Shown here: one piece after another, positions 61,191 through 64,000 of the stretch
Numbering within the stretch: position 1 is the stretch's first letter
Layout of the letters: each line of letters opens with the position of its first letter
From: Zootoca vivipara
Lineage: Eukaryota
Direction: 5' to 3'
DNA: 64,000 nucleotides
Assembly (NCBI RefSeq): GCF_963506605.1
Contig: NC_083284.1
Location: forward strand, 7,254,001-7,318,000
The notes under the pieces: generated by a model
What the model saw: only the letters and a program-made list of their open reading frames with translations
What the model was told of the DNA's origin: nothing
Databases searched by the model: none
Program-made: the position numbers and the translations under genes

Positions 61191-63799
61191 ATGGACATTT
61201 CTCTAGTAACTCATAGTATTTATCACATTTCCTTAAAGGCAGAACCCTGGAATTCACTTCGAATTTTGCTTTAGTGGAGATTTTGGTAGTAACTTTAGGT
61301 GAGAGAGTGAGCCTGGCAACTACCAACTGTCAATTACTTTGCTAGCTTGCAAATACTGAAAAGGGGGGGGGGGGCTGTAGTTGATTAACTTTCTCAGTGT
61401 GCATTGAGTCAGTCTCAGCATGTACCAGAGCATTTATCTGACAAAATAAATAGCATATGATGATTACTTTTAACATATTGCTACCATATCCAAATGGGCC
61501 TGTCATTATTTGGAATGGTGAGGCTGCTTTTGATTAGCCATTTTCCTTGTATGGTCCATCTTAAAACAAGGCCCATTTTAAAAATAAAACAAATAGTAGC
61601 ATATCAACAGTTTATACTTTTTAATAAGACACAGGAATTGCTATGTGCTGCTAATTTCTTCAACATTTCTGGCCTTCTGAATATTGTAATAGGTTAAAAG
61701 GAAAGTGATAAGAAAACTATTTGTTCCTGTGGCTTAATTAGAATAAAGGATGATAAATAAAATGAATTTATACTGTTATGACAAGTAACTCAATATAGCC
61801 TTTCCCCATCTCAATAGAGTTCTACTGTTTCTGACAACAGTGACTAGATATTTCAGAATGCGCAACTTAGACACTTTTATAATTGACCATATGTGCTGTG
61901 CAGTGTTTTTGCTTTGTAACTTGTAGTATCTCTGCTAAATAGCTTGTCCTGCAGATAATGACTCTGTATTGTCCATTTCTGTTATTCAAAACCCTTGCCA
62001 ATTATTCTTACCATCTGTTCACTGATAGATTTTCAGTGATATGTTTTCTTAGCTCAATTAACATAGTACTAAATATATTCTGCTAGTTCCTTGATAATGT
62101 AATGAAATTGACTGATCAATATATTATACTTTTATTTGCATTTTCAGTTCCCTAGGGATGTGTTGGCTGGGGCTGTTGGGAGTGGTGGTTCAAAACATTT
62201 GGAAGGTGCCAGGTTGGTGGACACTGCCCTGTATGATAGCGCCTGTGTATCTATTTTGCTACTCCTATAACCTGTAGTGTAGAAATGCTGCTAGTAATCA
62301 ATTCAAATAACATAAATTGAACATTTTTCTTGATACAATACAGAGCCTTTCATTCTTGGGACTCCTTGTGTCTCTTGTTTATTTCAGCTATAGGTTTTGT
62401 TTGTTTGTTTCTGTATCTGTTTCTTATTATTCTTATTCTTATTTGTTTGATTTATATACCACCCTTTATCCAAAGATCCCAGCTGTCTACTCTCTTTTCT
62501 TACAATGGTACTCTTCACTTACCTGTCTGTGTCTTCTCACAAATATTCAGATAACCAGCTTTATCATTTCTCATTGTGAATGTACCATCCCAATGCCAAC
62601 CTAGGTTTGGTTTGGTTTTTCTGTGTTTGTCTCATGAAGTTCTGTTTCGTTGTTTGGTTTACATGGGAAAAATTCAATAAAAATACTTTTTTAAAAAAAG
62701 TCTTGGGTTTTATATATTTATTAATTAAAAGATTTCAACACCACTTTCCATTTAAAGAAAGAAATGCCAAAGTGATTTATAGTAATAAAACATAACAAAT
62801 TAAACAAAAATAATTGGCTTTTGGAATACATTCATTGGGGAATGAAGGAACAGAATATTAAATGTGGGAAAGGACATGAATTAAAAAGGAGGGGTGTTGT
62901 AACATATGTATTGATCACTGTATATTATGTATGGGATGGTTGCGTTTTTCATGTGCCAATTCAGAAGAGCTTTTTGAAAGGTATGGAGAATTTATTTTCT
63001 GAAATAGTAACTGGTGGAAATTTTGTGTGTGCCTCTTTCCCCTCCATATTCAACCCCAAATTGATTTATATTAATCAGCGCAGGCAACATGGACCTATCT
63101 TATATATATTGCCTTCATAATACATCCACATCTTCAAAATTTGATTTGCAAATGCTTGCGTAACTATGCTTCTAGAATGAAATAGTATCATTTTATTTAA
63201 TTGAAGGGCTGCAGAAATAATTACATGCGATAAACCTTTCTGATTGAAAGAAGCAACCAGTGAAGATTTGTTGATGCAGTGCAAATGTTACTTCTGGTTT
63301 TAGGAAAGTTAGCATATTAAATCCCTATGTGTGGAGAGCCTTGTTTCCCTTACCTGATGTTGATTTAAAGTCTGAATGGCTCTTTGCCGATTTAGAATGA
63401 TGCACAAGGCGATTTTGTGAATTGATTTTTTAAGGCTGATCTGAATGCTGCCTTGAATTTTAGTTCTGCCTTCCCACTTGAGAATTAATTAAATCTCCTT
63501 ATTGTTTTAACTGTGAAAAGAAGTCTTCATTATTGGAACAAATCTCACCGTTAATAACATTTAAGCTTATGTTTTAGGTGCAATACCCAGGTGCCCAGTA
63601 AATGTAAATTTTACATTTGCTGTTTTACTGAGCTATGTTGACCTTTGCTGTTCTTGCTTATTGAAAAAAAAGAGTCTCTAAAAACCGTATCAGAAACTTT
63701 CACATAGCAATGGCTCAAACTGAGTTGGAAAGTCAATCTTGCATTGTTATCCATTGAGCACAAACCATTTTTCTTATTCAGAATTGCTGGTTAGAGACT

Positions 63800-63862
63800 A
63801 ACAACAACAACAACAATTTTATTTATACCCCACCCATCTGGCTGGGCTTCCCCAGCCTCTCT
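63800..63862 (-). mobile_element. L2 extreme 3' end
   Basis: Reverse complement of the 3' UTR at 41280-41320 (ggctggggaaacccagccagatgggtggggtat) with a (TTG)n tail. Confidence 0.8.
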
Positions 63863-64000
63863 AAAATTTGGCCCTACTCCTTTCCCACTGGGTGGGAAGG
63901 GGCTGTTTCCCCCTTTTATTCACCTTTAGTTGGGTATATGTGTTGTGTGGTGCCATCACTATCTGCATCTCAGCACTCTTGGAAGATGAGGATGGCAGGC

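Overview
Vertebrate genomic DNA, almost certainly from a squamate and probably a lacertid lizard. This is inferred from the repeat content: Sauria SINEs, BovB, a tRNA-Lys/CR1-tail SINE and a MIR-derived SINE. The only host coding sequence I can support is the 102-nt first coding exon of alpha-N-catenin (CTNNA2; 38144-38245, + strand, MTSATSPIILKWDPKSLEIRTLTVERLLEPLVTQ), which the ORF track misses. The rest is inferred to be its large flanking introns, packed with transposable elements: L1, L2, CR1, BovB, RTE, RTEX-like, Penelope-type ends, solo LTRs, and hAT and Tc1/mariner MITEs. Four items stand out. (1) Three 1.2-1.8 kb polyadenylated, TSD-flanked retroelements lack reverse transcriptase, share motifs, and look like a family of non-autonomous L1 parasites; one carries an acidic coiled-coil ORF. 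(2) Two minimal hammerhead-ribozyme motifs sit in Penelope-type ends. (3) A 5.9 kb six-element nest is fully resolved by TSDs. (4) A Tc2-like MITE carries a GC-rich hairpin minisatellite. Family names come from recognition of sequence motifs, not from database searches.
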